DNA of 64,000 nucleotides. Source: Vicinamibacterales bacterium. GTDB lineage: Bacteria > Acidobacteriota > Vicinamibacteria > Vicinamibacterales > UBA8438. Each line of letters starts with the position of its first letter. Position 1 is the stretch's first letter. Shown piece by piece: positions 35,580 to 45,427 of this stretch. Under the pieces are notes generated by a model. The model did not search any database and was not told the DNA's origin. It saw nothing but the letters and a program-made list of their open reading frames with translations. The stretch covers positions 3,805,038-3,869,037 of the forward strand of contig OZ244656.1 of the NCBI GenBank assembly GCA_965218825.1, given 5' to 3'. The position numbers and the translations under genes were made by a program.

Positions 35580-37898
35580 CTAAAAGAATCGAAGCGAGTA
35601 GCCGACTTTGAACCCGCGGCCAATCTCGGGCGCAAGATCCTTAATGAACGAGGTGTGATTCCGGTAGAGCTCGTTCGTCAGGTTGTAGGCCGACACGCTC
35701 AGGATATGTGCCATGTGCCGAGCCGGCCAGACATAGGACGCGCGGACGTTCAAGACCGAGTGCCCGCTCGTTTCGGTTTCATCACGAAACACGCGATTCT
35801 GTCGCGCCGCGAAATTCCACTCCGGCGTGACCGTAAAGCCCCGATACGGCACGTCAACGCTCAGCTGGCCTCTCAGCGGCGGGATCCTCGGAAGCGATTC
35901 GTCGGTCGTCGTGAGATCCGCGTGTACCAGACCGATTCCGATATTGGCCCAGACTTGGGTTCCGAGGCGGACGCTGGCCTTGGCATCGAATCCGGTGAAT
36001 CGTCCGTCGCCCTGCAGGAAGTTGGCAACGCGCAGACCGTCGGCGAACACGTCCTGGATATCAAGGAACACGAAGTTGGCGATGTCGTAGACGTACACGT
36101 TGACATCGCCTCGCATGCCGTCGGATCGGTGCCGCAGGCTGACGTCAAGCCCATTGGTTGATTCAGCGTCGAGATTCGGATTCCCGATCTCGAAGGCAAG
36201 GTTGCCGACGTGCGGACCGAAGTTGTAGAGCTCTTCGAGCGCCGGCGCCCGGTGCGACCGAGTGAAGTTGGCGACGATCGCGTTGCCGGGGGCCATCTCT
36301 GCCCGAAAGCCGATCGATGCGGAGCCGCCCGTGAAATCCCGGTTACGCACGGCTGGTGGTTCCAACGACCCCGGGTCTTGCGCATTCGCGGCGTCGTGGC
36401 TACCGGCTTCGCGCTCGCCGACCGTGTAGTGGTTCCGCTCGAGACGGCCGCCCAGCTGCACCTGATACCGTCCCAGGTCGATTTCTTCATAGGCGAAGGC
36501 CGCGAACGACGCTTGCTCGGTGGCGGGCGTGAGGGCTTCCTCCCCGATGGCCGCGTAGTCGCGGAATTGGGTCCAGACGCCGAACCGCCCCGACAGTCGA
36601 CCTCTCTGACGCTGGTTGAAATCCGCACGCACAACGTAGGTCCGATTGTTGAAAACCGTTCCGACGCTCTCGATGCCTTCGGCAGTTTCGAGCTCGCTGT
36701 GCTGCCAGTCGATCACGTTGAGCACGACCTGGAACGAGTCGACGACGCCGTTGTTCAGATCGCGCATCCCGACGTCAAAGCGCCCGACGCGGCGCTGGGA
36801 ATCGATATCGACAAACAAGCTCTCGTCGTGGACTCCCACACCCTCCGCGAGGTCGGCCTCTTCTGCGTGGAACTCGCCGGCGAACGGGATGCCATAGCGG
36901 CCATCCTCGATCGTGAATCCTCCACTGGCGAAGGCTCTGTCGCCGGCGTAGCCGATGCCGACGCGACCGCTCGAGAGTCTGGTTTTGGAGTTCTCAACCG
37001 TGCCGGCTGGCGTGTCGTAGTCGCCAGTTCGCCGGGTGCCACCGCCAGCCCACGTCATCAAGCGGTCCTTCGCGTGCTGCACGTTGGCAAACGTCCCGGC
37101 TTGTTCGTTCGCGCTTCCACCATCGACGCTCACTTGGCCCCGCGTACCGGCGACGAGCGAATCCTTGAAGCTCTCGTTGGGGGTGATCGCGTTGACGACA
37201 CCGCCGACGGAGTTTGAGCCATACAGCAGCGTTGCTGGTCCCCGCACGACCTCGATCCGGTCCAAGCCATTGGGGTCGGTGTTCACACCATGGTCGGCGG
37301 ATTGACTGGAGAGGTCGCCGGTCCGGATACCGTCTTCCATGACGAGGACACGATCGCCGTCGAAGCCACGAATGATCGGCCGTCCCGATCCGGCCCCGAA
37401 GCTCCGTTTGGCGATACCTGGCTGGTTCTCGAGGGCTTCAGCTAGGGTGCCAACCGGATTGGTGACGGTGTCAAACGAATCGAGCGTTGTCGTTGCGTTG
37501 AAGGCCTCGAAGGTCGTCCCGCGTCCGCCAGTTGTGGCGGTGACGGTGACTTCTTCGTGAACGGGCGATAGTTCGAGCGCAAAGTTCACGGCGACCGCCT
37601 CGTCGCGCTCCACCGTGACCGTCTGGCGTTCTGCCGTGAGATGTTCACGCTGCGCGAGAACCTCGTAGGTTCCGACCGGGACGTCCTCGATGACGAACGC
37701 GCCGGTTTCGTCGGTCAGCACCACGAGCCCAGGTCCCACCACCAGCACGACGGCACCATGCACGGCGCCACCATCAGCCGTGAGCGTCACCGTTCCCTGC
37801 ACGACTCCCGTTCCCTGCATGGCTGCAGCGGGCGCAGCCATCGCGCCGATCGTCGCAATCACCACCGCCGAGTTTTTGAGTCGTGCTCGATGCATCAA
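35580..37898 (-). CDS. TonB-dependent receptor with N-terminal carboxypeptidase-regulatory-like domain
   Basis: Signal peptide. CarbopepD_reg-like block (GTVTLTADGGAVHGAVVLVVGPG..TDETGAFVIEDVPVGTYEV). Plug (LENQPGIAKRSFGAGSGRPIIRGFDGDRVLVMEDGIR; IEVVRGPATLLYGSNSVGGVVN). 22-strand-barrel-like C-terminus ending YSLRFF. Confidence 0.9.
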   Translation of the reverse strand: MMHRARLKNSAVVIATIGAMAAPAAAMQGTGVVQGTVTLTADGGAVHGAVVLVVGPGLVVLTDETGAFVIEDVPVGTYEVLAQREHLTAERQTVTVERDEAVAVNFALELSPVHEEVTVTATTGGRGTTFEAFNATTTLDSFDTVTNPVGTLAEALENQPGIAKRSFGAGSGRPIIRGFDGDRVLVMEDGIRTGDLSSQSADHGVNTDPNGLDRIEVVRGPATLLYGSNSVGGVVNAITPNESFKDSLVAGTRGQVSVDGGSANEQAGTFANVQHAKDRLMTWAGGGTRRTGDYDTPAGTVENSKTRLSSGRVGIGYAGDRAFASGGFTIEDGRYGIPFAGEFHAEEADLAEGVGVHDESLFVDIDSQRRVGRFDVGMRDLNNGVVDSFQVVLNVIDWQHSELETAEGIESVGTVFNNRTYVVRADFNQRQRGRLSGRFGVWTQFRDYAAIGEEALTPATEQASFAAFAYEEIDLGRYQVQLGGRLERNHYTVGEREAGSHDAANAQDPGSLEPPAVRNRDFTGGSASIGFRAEMAPGNAIVANFTRSHRAPALEELYNFGPHVGNLAFEIGNPNLDAESTNGLDVSLRHRSDGMRGDVNVYVYDIANFVFLDIQDVFADGLRVANFLQGDGRFTGFDAKASVRLGTQVWANIGIGLVHADLTTTDESLPRIPPLRGQLSVDVPYRGFTVTPEWNFAARQNRVFRDETETSGHSVLNVRASYVWPARHMAHILSVSAYNLTNELYRNHTSFIKDLAPEIGRGFKVGYSLRFF

Positions 37899-38024
37899 AA
37901 AGACTTCCTGCCAAGCTCGGAGCGGCCCCTACCAGGAGTCGTGGGCCGTCGGTCGTTTAACGGCGCGGAAGCGAACCGTCCGCGCGCGTCATCTGCGTTC
38001 CGAGGTAGCTGTACGTATGCGGAG

Positions 38025-38336
38025 CTACTGGGGCGGAGCCCGAGCGGGGATTCCCGAACCGTGGTCGGACGCGGCCCACCTGACGGCTTCCGTATGTAGG
38101 GTCATTCCGGGCGTATCGGCCGCCGCGACCGACGGTAGCTCAGAAAGGGCGTCAGCCGGCTCGTTCCGCAACTGGCAGACAGCGCAATCCTGATCCGTAC
38201 TGTGGTCGACGTGCCACGCGTACGAGGTTGTGGTGACACCGATGAAAACGACCGCGAGGACAACGGCCCACCATCGCCGCTCAAGTCGCCCGAACGAAAG
38301 CGCGTTCTGCATGCGGAGCGTTCGTCGCCAGACCAA
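38025..38336 (-). CDS. Small hypothetical membrane-anchored protein with a CxxC motif (DUF2946-like position upstream of a TonB-dependent receptor)
   Basis: One TM helix (WWAVVLAVVFIGVTTTSYAW) followed by HVDHSTDQDCAVCQL. It is on the same strand as the receptor and directly upstream of it. The start is uncertain (38336 or 38312). Support is weak. Confidence 0.35.
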   Translation of the reverse strand: MVWRRTLRMQNALSFGRLERRWWAVVLAVVFIGVTTTSYAWHVDHSTDQDCAVCQLRNEPADALSELPSVAAADTPGMTLHTEAVRWAASDHGSGIPARAPPQ

Positions 38337-38416
38337 CTACTCGAAACTAGCAGGGAACGACGCCGACAATCAAGTTTTGCTATCCAGTTAACGTCCCGAA
38401 AACGGATGCTCTAAGA

Positions 38417-39253
38417 TTGACGTCTTTCTGGAACCGAATGGCGAAGAAGTTCACGCTGTCCCGACGTAACGCGGACCGACATCGATTGTATGAATGGGCA
38501 GTGCAGGATCCGGCATTCGAGGTCGAACTGGCCTTGAAGCAGTATCGTCGTCGACGCGGCCGGCGACCGTACGTGCTCCGTGAGGACTTCTGTGGGACCG
38601 GCGCGGTGGCGTGTCGCTGGGTCGCGGAGCATCGCAAGAACCGCGCGATCGGTCTCGATCTCGATGCAGCAACGTTGGACTGGGCGCGGCAACACAATGC
38701 GGGTCCGCTAGGCGCCGCGTCGGCTCGGGTCGATCTTCGACAAAAAGACGTCCGAACGGTGACGCGCCCGCTTGCCGATGTGGTGCAGGGGTTCAACTTC
38801 TCGTCCTACTTGTTCCATCCCGTTCGTGAGCTGGTGAGCTATCTCCGTTGCGCGCGCCGAAGCCTCGCACCGGGCGGCATCATCATGCTCGATGGGTATG
38901 GCGGATGGGAAAGCCAGCAGCGACTCAGCGAGCCCAGAACCGTCAAGAGCCCCGCGGGTACCTTCGGCTACACCTGGGAACAAGCCGACTACAATCCAAT
39001 CGACAGCCTGGCCCTGTGTCACATCCACTTTGAGTTCAAGAACGGGAAGAAGCTAAAGCGCGCGTTCACCTACCACTGGCGTCTGTACGCTCCGGCCGAG
39101 CTGTGCGATGCACTCGAGGCCGCAGGCTATCGAAACATCGAGGTTCTCTGGGATTCAGAGGACGATGTCGATAAGAGTCACTTTGAACCAGCATCCAAGG
39201 CCGACAACTCGCCCGGCTGGCTGTTTTACGTCGTGGCCGACGGCCCGAGCTAG
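38417..39253 (+). CDS. Class I SAM-dependent methyltransferase
   Basis: Motif I VLREDFCGTGAVA, post-I GLDLD, motif II/III region GGIIMLD. The start may be the ATG at 38438 (MAKKF..) rather than the TTG at 38417. Confidence 0.8.
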   Translation: MTSFWNRMAKKFTLSRRNADRHRLYEWAVQDPAFEVELALKQYRRRRGRRPYVLREDFCGTGAVACRWVAEHRKNRAIGLDLDAATLDWARQHNAGPLGAASARVDLRQKDVRTVTRPLADVVQGFNFSSYLFHPVRELVSYLRCARRSLAPGGIIMLDGYGGWESQQRLSEPRTVKSPAGTFGYTWEQADYNPIDSLALCHIHFEFKNGKKLKRAFTYHWRLYAPAELCDALEAAGYRNIEVLWDSEDDVDKSHFEPASKADNSPGWLFYVVADGPS

Positions 39254-39385
39254 CCACGGTTCCTCACGCTCGTTCAGCTGCCGACTCGCAGGACGACTCG
39301 TCGGCCGCATCTCGGCCCAACCGTCGGCCTGTAAGATGCTACCCGACCAACGTGTGCCTCGAGCGCGCGACCATGCGAGGAGTCT

Positions 39386-40432
39386 ATGAATAGCCTGATG
39401 CTGGTGGTTGGAGCGGTGTTGTTCACCTCGGCGATGTGTTCGCTGTTCGAAGCCGTGCTTTACGCGGTGCCCAAGAGCCACATCGAGGTCCTGAAGCGAT
39501 CGGGCCGTTCGACCGGGCAGATCCTCTTTCAGCTTCGACAGAAGGTCGATCGACCCATCGCCGCAATACTGTCGCTCAACACGATTGCCAACACGGGCGG
39601 AGGCGCTGTGGCGGGTGCGATGGCCGCGACGGCGCTCGGCCCGTCGCGGCTCGGCTACTTCTCGGCGGCCTTCACGCTCGCGATTCTGGTGTTCGCGGAG
39701 GTTGTTCCAAAAACTGTTGGCGTCGTCTACGCCCGTCCGCTCTCAGCCTGGATCGCGCGGCCACTCCAATGGCTGGTCGTGCTGTTTCGTCCGCTTACAG
39801 CGCTCACCCGGCTGGCGACCAAATTGGTGTGGTCGGGCCACGACGAGGAGCATCGGGTGTCCGACGAGGAGCTGCTGACGCTAGTCGGATCGGGGCTCCG
39901 GACCGGTGACTTCAAGCCCCACGAAGCGGAAGTGATTACCAACGTGTTGGCGCTCGAGCGCACGATTGTCAAGGATGTGCTCACTCCCCGTACTGTCGTG
40001 TTCTCGCTCGACGCGTCGACGGCGGTCAAGACCGCGGCCCAGAACAGCTCTCTCACCAAACACACACGGGTCCCCGTTTACGATGAGGACCCTGAGGATG
40101 TCGTTGGCCTCGTGCACCGCATGGACGTCTTGATGGCCACGGCGGGTGAACGTTCCGAGTCGACACTCGAAGAGCTGATGCGGCCGATCGAGTTCGTGGT
40201 CGAGACGACGCCGCTCGACCAGCTGCTGCGGACGTTTCTCGAACGACGACGCCACATGGTTGCGGTCATCGATGAATTCGGTGGGTTCGCAGGCATCGTC
40301 ACGCTCGAAGACGTGCTCGAGGAGCTGATTGGCCACGAAATCGTCGACGAGTCGGACCAGATTACCGACCTTCGTGCCTACGCACACGATCGACGTGACG
40401 CGATCCTCAACCGCCGCAGGGGACAGGTCTAG
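39386..40432 (+). CDS. CNNM/DUF21 transmembrane domain + CBS-pair protein (TlyC/CorC-like; no C-terminal CorC_HlyC domain seen)
   Basis: DUF21 N-terminus (FEAVLYAVPKSHIEVL..., LSLNTIANTGGG, AEVVPKTVG). Two CBS motifs (VKDVLTPRTVVFSL; GFAGIVTLEDVLEELIG). GAGGAG RBS lies upstream. Confidence 0.85.
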   Translation: MNSLMLVVGAVLFTSAMCSLFEAVLYAVPKSHIEVLKRSGRSTGQILFQLRQKVDRPIAAILSLNTIANTGGGAVAGAMAATALGPSRLGYFSAAFTLAILVFAEVVPKTVGVVYARPLSAWIARPLQWLVVLFRPLTALTRLATKLVWSGHDEEHRVSDEELLTLVGSGLRTGDFKPHEAEVITNVLALERTIVKDVLTPRTVVFSLDASTAVKTAAQNSSLTKHTRVPVYDEDPEDVVGLVHRMDVLMATAGERSESTLEELMRPIEFVVETTPLDQLLRTFLERRRHMVAVIDEFGGFAGIVTLEDVLEELIGHEIVDESDQITDLRAYAHDRRDAILNRRRGQV

Positions 40433-40459
40433 GCCCAGGACTGCTCGGGTGCGCCGCTG

Positions 40460-41728
40460 TCAGAGACCCTGTTGTGGCTGCAGTCGGTGGTCGAGCACCA
40501 TGGCCTCGGTCAGCGATGTGCCGAACCCGGGATCTTCTCCCGCGAGGTAGGCGCCGTTTTCAAAGCGCGGGGTCATGGCGCGAAGGAGCTCTGAACCCGC
40601 CGGGAAGCTCTCGGCCATCGTGCAGCTCGGTGCAGTCAGTGCGATCGGCATGCCCCAGACGCTTCCGCCGCGATGCGGCACGATCTCGAGGCCGGCTCGT
40701 TCAACGAGTCTCGCAATGCGAACGCCGGCTGTGAGTCCCCCGCACCACGTCATGTCGGGCTGGAGGACGTCGGCTGACTGCAATCGAATGAGGACATCGA
40801 AGCCATGCTCGGTGTACTCGTGCTCACCGCACGCGACGCGAGTCCAGCCGGCCCCGCGGCTCCCTATTCGACGATTCAACTCCGCGTAGCCGAAGACGTC
40901 GTCGGGCGAGAGCAGCTCCTCCATGAAGTACAGGTTCGCTGGCCGGAGTCGCTCGGCAAACCCGACCGCCCAGTCGACCGTTCCGGTCCTCGAGACGCAA
41001 TCCGTCATCAGTCGCCCGTCCGGACCAAGTGTGTCGCGAGCGTCAAGCACACGTTGGACGACCCGGTCGAGCTCCTGCGGAGGCGTGAGCGGCCCCACTT
41101 GGGTTGGGATCTTGAAGTTCCGAATGCCTCGCGCCATGCCATCCGTGACGTCGCCCGCGGTCTGGTACACGGCGATTCGATCTTTGGGCGTTCCGCCAAC
41201 AAGCTGATGAACCGGTTGCCCGGCGTGCTTGCCCGCGATATCCCATAGCGCGTTGTCCACCGCGCTCAGCGCCATTGCGAAGAGACCGCGACGCCCGTAG
41301 AAGAGGGCCGACGTGTACATCTGATCCCATAGCCGGTCGACGTTCAGCGGATTGGTCCCGACCAGCAGATGCCGAAGATGGCCGCTGATAATCTCGACCG
41401 CAGCGCTTCCACCCGCACCCATGCCGAAGCCGGTGATGCCAGCATCGGTTTTGATGATCGCGATAATCGCCGACGGCAGCTGCGAGAAGGCGCCGCCATA
41501 GCGCCATCGTCGCGGGTCGTCGTCTGAGTTGAACGTCGGCGGATCGAGCAGGCCGTCCGACCGTTCGTTGATGTACACCGGGTAGGCCTCGACCGTCCGA
41601 ATCGTGTCACGTTCCTGCGCGCCGGCCGCGGTCGTTCCGGCCGCGACCCCGCGTGGCCCGAGCGCCGCTGCGAGTCCAGCCCATCCAACGACCGTGCGCA
41701 AGAACCGCCGTCGCGCTAGCTCTTCCAT
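40460..41728 (-). CDS. Enolase-superfamily enzyme (mandelate racemase/muconate lactonizing, sugar-acid dehydratase-like) with a twin-arginine signal
   Basis: N-terminal ARRRFLRTVVGWAGLAAALG (Tat-like). Capping and barrel-domain blocks (GITGFGMGAGG, ALSAVDNALWDIAGK, FMEE, ACGEHEY..F, LQPDMTWCGGLT). Confidence 0.8.
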   Translation of the reverse strand: MEELARRRFLRTVVGWAGLAAALGPRGVAAGTTAAGAQERDTIRTVEAYPVYINERSDGLLDPPTFNSDDDPRRWRYGGAFSQLPSAIIAIIKTDAGITGFGMGAGGSAAVEIISGHLRHLLVGTNPLNVDRLWDQMYTSALFYGRRGLFAMALSAVDNALWDIAGKHAGQPVHQLVGGTPKDRIAVYQTAGDVTDGMARGIRNFKIPTQVGPLTPPQELDRVVQRVLDARDTLGPDGRLMTDCVSRTGTVDWAVGFAERLRPANLYFMEELLSPDDVFGYAELNRRIGSRGAGWTRVACGEHEYTEHGFDVLIRLQSADVLQPDMTWCGGLTAGVRIARLVERAGLEIVPHRGGSVWGMPIALTAPSCTMAESFPAGSELLRAMTPRFENGAYLAGEDPGFGTSLTEAMVLDHRLQPQQGL

Positions 41729-41748
41729 GACAGCGACAGGGTACAGTA

Positions 41749-42204
41749 TTGGCGATGACGGCGGAACGCCCCGCGATACAGGTCCGAATCAAGCGGCTGG
41801 TTGAATCGGCAGAGCTGCCACGCTATGCGCATCGCGGTGACGCGGGTCTGGATCTCTGCGCGGTTGCGGAGGCGGTCATCCAACCCGGTGAGGTCGCCAC
41901 GATTCCGACCGGCATCGCCGTCGAGCTCCCTGAGGGAACCGAGGCGCAGGTGCGGCCTCGCAGCGGTCTCGCGGGCCGACATGCGGTGACGGTGTTGAAC
42001 ACGCCCGGCACCATCGACGAAGGCTACCGTGGCGAGATCGGCGTCATTTTGATCAACCACGGTCGCGAGGTGTTTCGAGTCGAGCCCGGCATGCGCGTGG
42101 CCCAGCTGGTCGTCCAGCGACGATTGACCGTTGATGTCGTCGAAGTCGAGGCGCTGACCGATACTGACCGCGGAGCGCGCGGCTTCGGCTCGACCGGGTC
42201 TTAG
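41749..42204 (+). CDS. dut: dUTP diphosphatase
   Basis: All trimeric dUTPase motifs are present: AHRGDAGLDL, PRSGLA, GTIDEGYRGEIGVILIN, RIAQLVV, RGARGFGSTG. Confidence 0.92.
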   Translation: MAMTAERPAIQVRIKRLVESAELPRYAHRGDAGLDLCAVAEAVIQPGEVATIPTGIAVELPEGTEAQVRPRSGLAGRHAVTVLNTPGTIDEGYRGEIGVILINHGREVFRVEPGMRVAQLVVQRRLTVDVVEVEALTDTDRGARGFGSTGS

Positions 42205-42251
42205 CCTGGGCGGTCGCTTGGCGGTCTCGGCACGCCGGGTATGATTGTCCG

Positions 42252-43259
42252 GTGCCAGAGCCGTTGCAGGTCGTGTTCCTTGGGTGCGGCTTCATTACCG
42301 AGGTCCACAGTCGTCACCTGCGCGCGCTTCGGAGTGACATCATCCCCAGCTACGCCAGCCGTGATGCATCAAAGGCAGAGCGCTTTCGCCGGCGCTATCG
42401 CGGACGGCGCAGCTATGAGGGGTATGCCTCGGCCATCGACGACCCCGATGTGGACGCGGTGGTCATCGCGGTGCCACCCCGGCTTCATCTTGAGTTGGCA
42501 CTCCAGGCCCTGGCGGCTGGGAAGCACGTCCTGGTCGAAAAGCCAGCATTCCTGACGACGGCCGATTACGACCAGGCGTGCGCGGCCCGCGAGCGGGCCC
42601 ATCGGGTCGTGCTCGTCGGCGAGAACGATCACTACAAGCCGCTGGCGCGGTGCTTACGTCGTTTGATCAGCGATGGCGTGATCGGTGACATGCTCTTTGC
42701 GCACTTTACAACGCTAGTTAAGCGGCTCAAGACCGGGGATGACTGGCGTAACGATGAGACGATGGCGGGCGGCGACGCGTTCTTCGAGGAGGGCGTGCAC
42801 TGGCTGCACCTCGCCAACAGCCTGGGGCCGGTCATCGTCTCGGCTCAGGGCTACCGTCCGCCCGCGTCACCGGTCGGTGGCGACGCCCGTCACAAGAGCA
42901 TGATGGTGGCATTTCGATACGACAATGATGCGGTTGGTGCGTTGTTCTACTCGCGCGAAGTGCCGTCGCTGTTCCGTGGCATCAGACTCTCCAAGCTATT
43001 CGGCCGTGATGGCATCATCTCGTTCGAATCCAACGGCGGGTTCGTCGTGGTCCGGGGACGCGGCGTGCCCCGGCTCGTGCTTCCTGGCCTGCGAGATATC
43101 CGAGGGTATCAGGCGATGTATCGGGACTTCGTCGCGTCGATTCGAGAGAGCCGCACACCCGAGATGAGCCTCGAAACAGCGTTCATCGACCAACGCGTCA
43201 TGGATCAGATCTACCAGGGCATGACGCTCGGTGAGATGGATACCGCCCTAGGGCGCTGA
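42252..43259 (+). CDS. Gfo/Idh/MocA-family NAD(P)-dependent oxidoreductase
   Basis: N-terminal Rossmann VVFLGCGFI, then AVVIAVPPRLHLELALQALAAGKHVLVEKP (EKP motif) and GENDHYKP. Confidence 0.85.
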   Translation: MPEPLQVVFLGCGFITEVHSRHLRALRSDIIPSYASRDASKAERFRRRYRGRRSYEGYASAIDDPDVDAVVIAVPPRLHLELALQALAAGKHVLVEKPAFLTTADYDQACAARERAHRVVLVGENDHYKPLARCLRRLISDGVIGDMLFAHFTTLVKRLKTGDDWRNDETMAGGDAFFEEGVHWLHLANSLGPVIVSAQGYRPPASPVGGDARHKSMMVAFRYDNDAVGALFYSREVPSLFRGIRLSKLFGRDGIISFESNGGFVVVRGRGVPRLVLPGLRDIRGYQAMYRDFVASIRESRTPEMSLETAFIDQRVMDQIYQGMTLGEMDTALGR

Positions 43260-43262
43260 CCC

Positions 43263-44858
43263 GTGAGCGCTCACCCAGACCCAATGGCAGCGACGGAATT
43301 CGACATCATCATCATTGGCAGCGGTGCTGGCGGTGGCACGATCGCACACGCGCTTGCCGGCACTCAGGCCCGGATTCTCATTCTCGAACGCGGCGATTTC
43401 GTGCCCCAAGAACAAGAGAATTGGGATCCCGAGGCGGTGTGGAAGCACCTTCGGTATCGCACGACCGAACGATGGCTCGACGAGCAAGGGAACGAGTTCC
43501 GCCCGTACACTCACTATTGCGTCGGCGGGAACACCAAGTTCTGGGGCACGGTCCTCTATCGGATGCGACGCGAGGACTTCGAGGCAGTCGAGCACGTGGA
43601 TGGAGTCTCGCCAGCGTGGCCGATCGACTACGACACCCTCGAACCGTACTACGAGCGCGCCGAGCGGCTGTATGAGGTGCGCGGCGAGTCCGGCGACGAT
43701 CCCACCGAAGAGCCGCGGGGCCCGTACCCCTATCCGGCCGTCCCGCACGCGGAGGAAATGGCGCAGACCGTCGAACGTATGCGTCAGCTCGGGTTGCGTC
43801 CATCGCCGCTGCCGCTCGGGTTACGGGGCGTCGATCAACCCAACGGCTGCATTCTTTGCGATACGTGCAACTCGTTTCCGTGTCAGCGTCACGCGAAGAG
43901 CGATGCCGACGTGTGCTGCGTGCGGCCGGTGCTCGATACACCGACGGTCACGCTTTGGACGAAGACTCAGGCGCGCCGGCTCTTGACCGACGCGTCGGGA
44001 CGACGAGTCGAGGCCGTCGAAGTGGATCGCGGCGGCGAAACCCACGTGGTGCGTGCCCCGCTCGTCGTCGTCGCGTGTGGTGCGGTTAACTCCGCCGCGC
44101 TGCTGCTGCGCTCGTCTACCGACAAGCATCCTCGTGGCTTGGCAAACTCATCGGGGCTCGTCGGCCGACGGTACATGGCGCACCTGGCGACCATGATGCA
44201 GGGTTTTCATCCTTTCCGAAAGAATCACGCCGTCTTTCAAAAGACCGTGGCAATCAACGACTTCTATCGCCACGGTCCAGATGGGGGCTATCCGTTGGGG
44301 CAGATTCAATCACAAGGGCGGACCCACGGCGTCATGGCACAAACCTTCGCCCCGTGGATCCCGGTGTGGGCGTACGATGCCTGGGTCGCACGCGGAGTGG
44401 ACTGGTTGGCGGTGTCAGAAGACCTACCTCGACCGGAGAACCGGGTGACCGTAGAGCCGGACGGACGTCCACGGTTGTCCTACCATCCCAACAACCTCTC
44501 GACCCACGCCCGTCTCGTCGAGGAGACGGAGCGGCTTCTCAAGCGTCTCGGGTTTTGGGTCGTGATGACGGTCGGCGACTATCCGACACGTCGAACCCTT
44601 GATCTTCAGGGCCGCGTTCTGGCGGTCCACCTGAAATCGAACAACACGAGGAACACCACCCATCAGTGCGGAACACTCTGCTTCGGTCGCGATCCTCGGG
44701 AATCCGTGTTGGATCCGTTCTGTCGCACGCATGACGTGGAGAACTTGTTCGTGGTAGACGCCTCGTTCTTTCCGTCGTCAGCGGCCGTGAACCCCGGGCT
44801 GACGATCGCGGCGCAAGCGCTGCGAGTCGCCGACCACATTAAGGACGTTGATCTCTAG
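43263..44858 (+). CDS. GMC-family FAD-dependent oxidoreductase
   Basis: FAD motif FDIIIIGSGAGGGTIA. C-terminal GMC block HQCGTLCFG..P..SVLDPFCRTHDVENLFVVDASFFPSSAAVNPGLTIAAQALRVA. Confidence 0.85.
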   Translation: MSAHPDPMAATEFDIIIIGSGAGGGTIAHALAGTQARILILERGDFVPQEQENWDPEAVWKHLRYRTTERWLDEQGNEFRPYTHYCVGGNTKFWGTVLYRMRREDFEAVEHVDGVSPAWPIDYDTLEPYYERAERLYEVRGESGDDPTEEPRGPYPYPAVPHAEEMAQTVERMRQLGLRPSPLPLGLRGVDQPNGCILCDTCNSFPCQRHAKSDADVCCVRPVLDTPTVTLWTKTQARRLLTDASGRRVEAVEVDRGGETHVVRAPLVVVACGAVNSAALLLRSSTDKHPRGLANSSGLVGRRYMAHLATMMQGFHPFRKNHAVFQKTVAINDFYRHGPDGGYPLGQIQSQGRTHGVMAQTFAPWIPVWAYDAWVARGVDWLAVSEDLPRPENRVTVEPDGRPRLSYHPNNLSTHARLVEETERLLKRLGFWVVMTVGDYPTRRTLDLQGRVLAVHLKSNNTRNTTHQCGTLCFGRDPRESVLDPFCRTHDVENLFVVDASFFPSSAAVNPGLTIAAQALRVADHIKDVDL

Positions 44859-44872
44859 CGGGGGGCGACACA

Positions 44873-45376
44873 GTGAAAGCTCGATCGTTCAGTCATTGCG
44901 GCATCACCGTTTCCGACTTCCGAAAAGCGGTGCAGTTCTACTGGGACGTCTTCGGATGTCCCCTCGTCGGGGTGGCTGACCAGCCCTCTGATCGCGTCCG
45001 TGCGTTCTTTGGCGTCGACGCTGATCAGCCGACGTGCAAGGTCGGATGGATTCGGGTTCCGGGCGGCGCCGTGATCGAAATCTTCGAGTTCCAGCCGCAG
45101 CAACCACCGGTCGAGGTGCCCTGGAACCGAGTGGGCCTGACGCACATCGCGTTCAACGTACGCAACACGCAGAAGTGGTACGACTACTTGGTCGGCAAAG
45201 GCGTTACGTGCGTCAGCAAGCCGGAACGTTCGCCCCGCGGTCACACGTTCTTCTTTGCCAAGGACCTCGACGGGAATCTGATCGAGCTCATGGATCTCGG
45301 CTACATGTACTACGTGCTGGGTTGGCTTGGTTCGCTCGCCGGCCGTGTGTACCGCCCGTACAAGGAGTACTACTAG
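44873..45376 (+). CDS. VOC-family (glyoxalase/bleomycin-resistance/dioxygenase fold) protein
   Basis: HCGITVSDFRKAVQFYWDVFG...GLTHIAFNV...FFFAKDLDGNLIELMD, typical of paired beta-alpha-beta-beta-beta modules. Confidence 0.8.
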   Translation: MKARSFSHCGITVSDFRKAVQFYWDVFGCPLVGVADQPSDRVRAFFGVDADQPTCKVGWIRVPGGAVIEIFEFQPQQPPVEVPWNRVGLTHIAFNVRNTQKWYDYLVGKGVTCVSKPERSPRGHTFFFAKDLDGNLIELMDLGYMYYVLGWLGSLAGRVYRPYKEYY

Positions 45377-45427
45377 CGCGCGCCAGACCGCTCTCACGCG
45401 AACCCGAGTTGCAGGGAGGAACAGACC

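Noticed and set aside
37899-38416. Cobalamin or other riboswitch upstream of the TonB-dependent receptor
   Set aside because: No B12-box-like GCCACTG/AGYCMGG element occurs on the relevant strand. The region is better explained by a small same-strand ORF plus a promoter.
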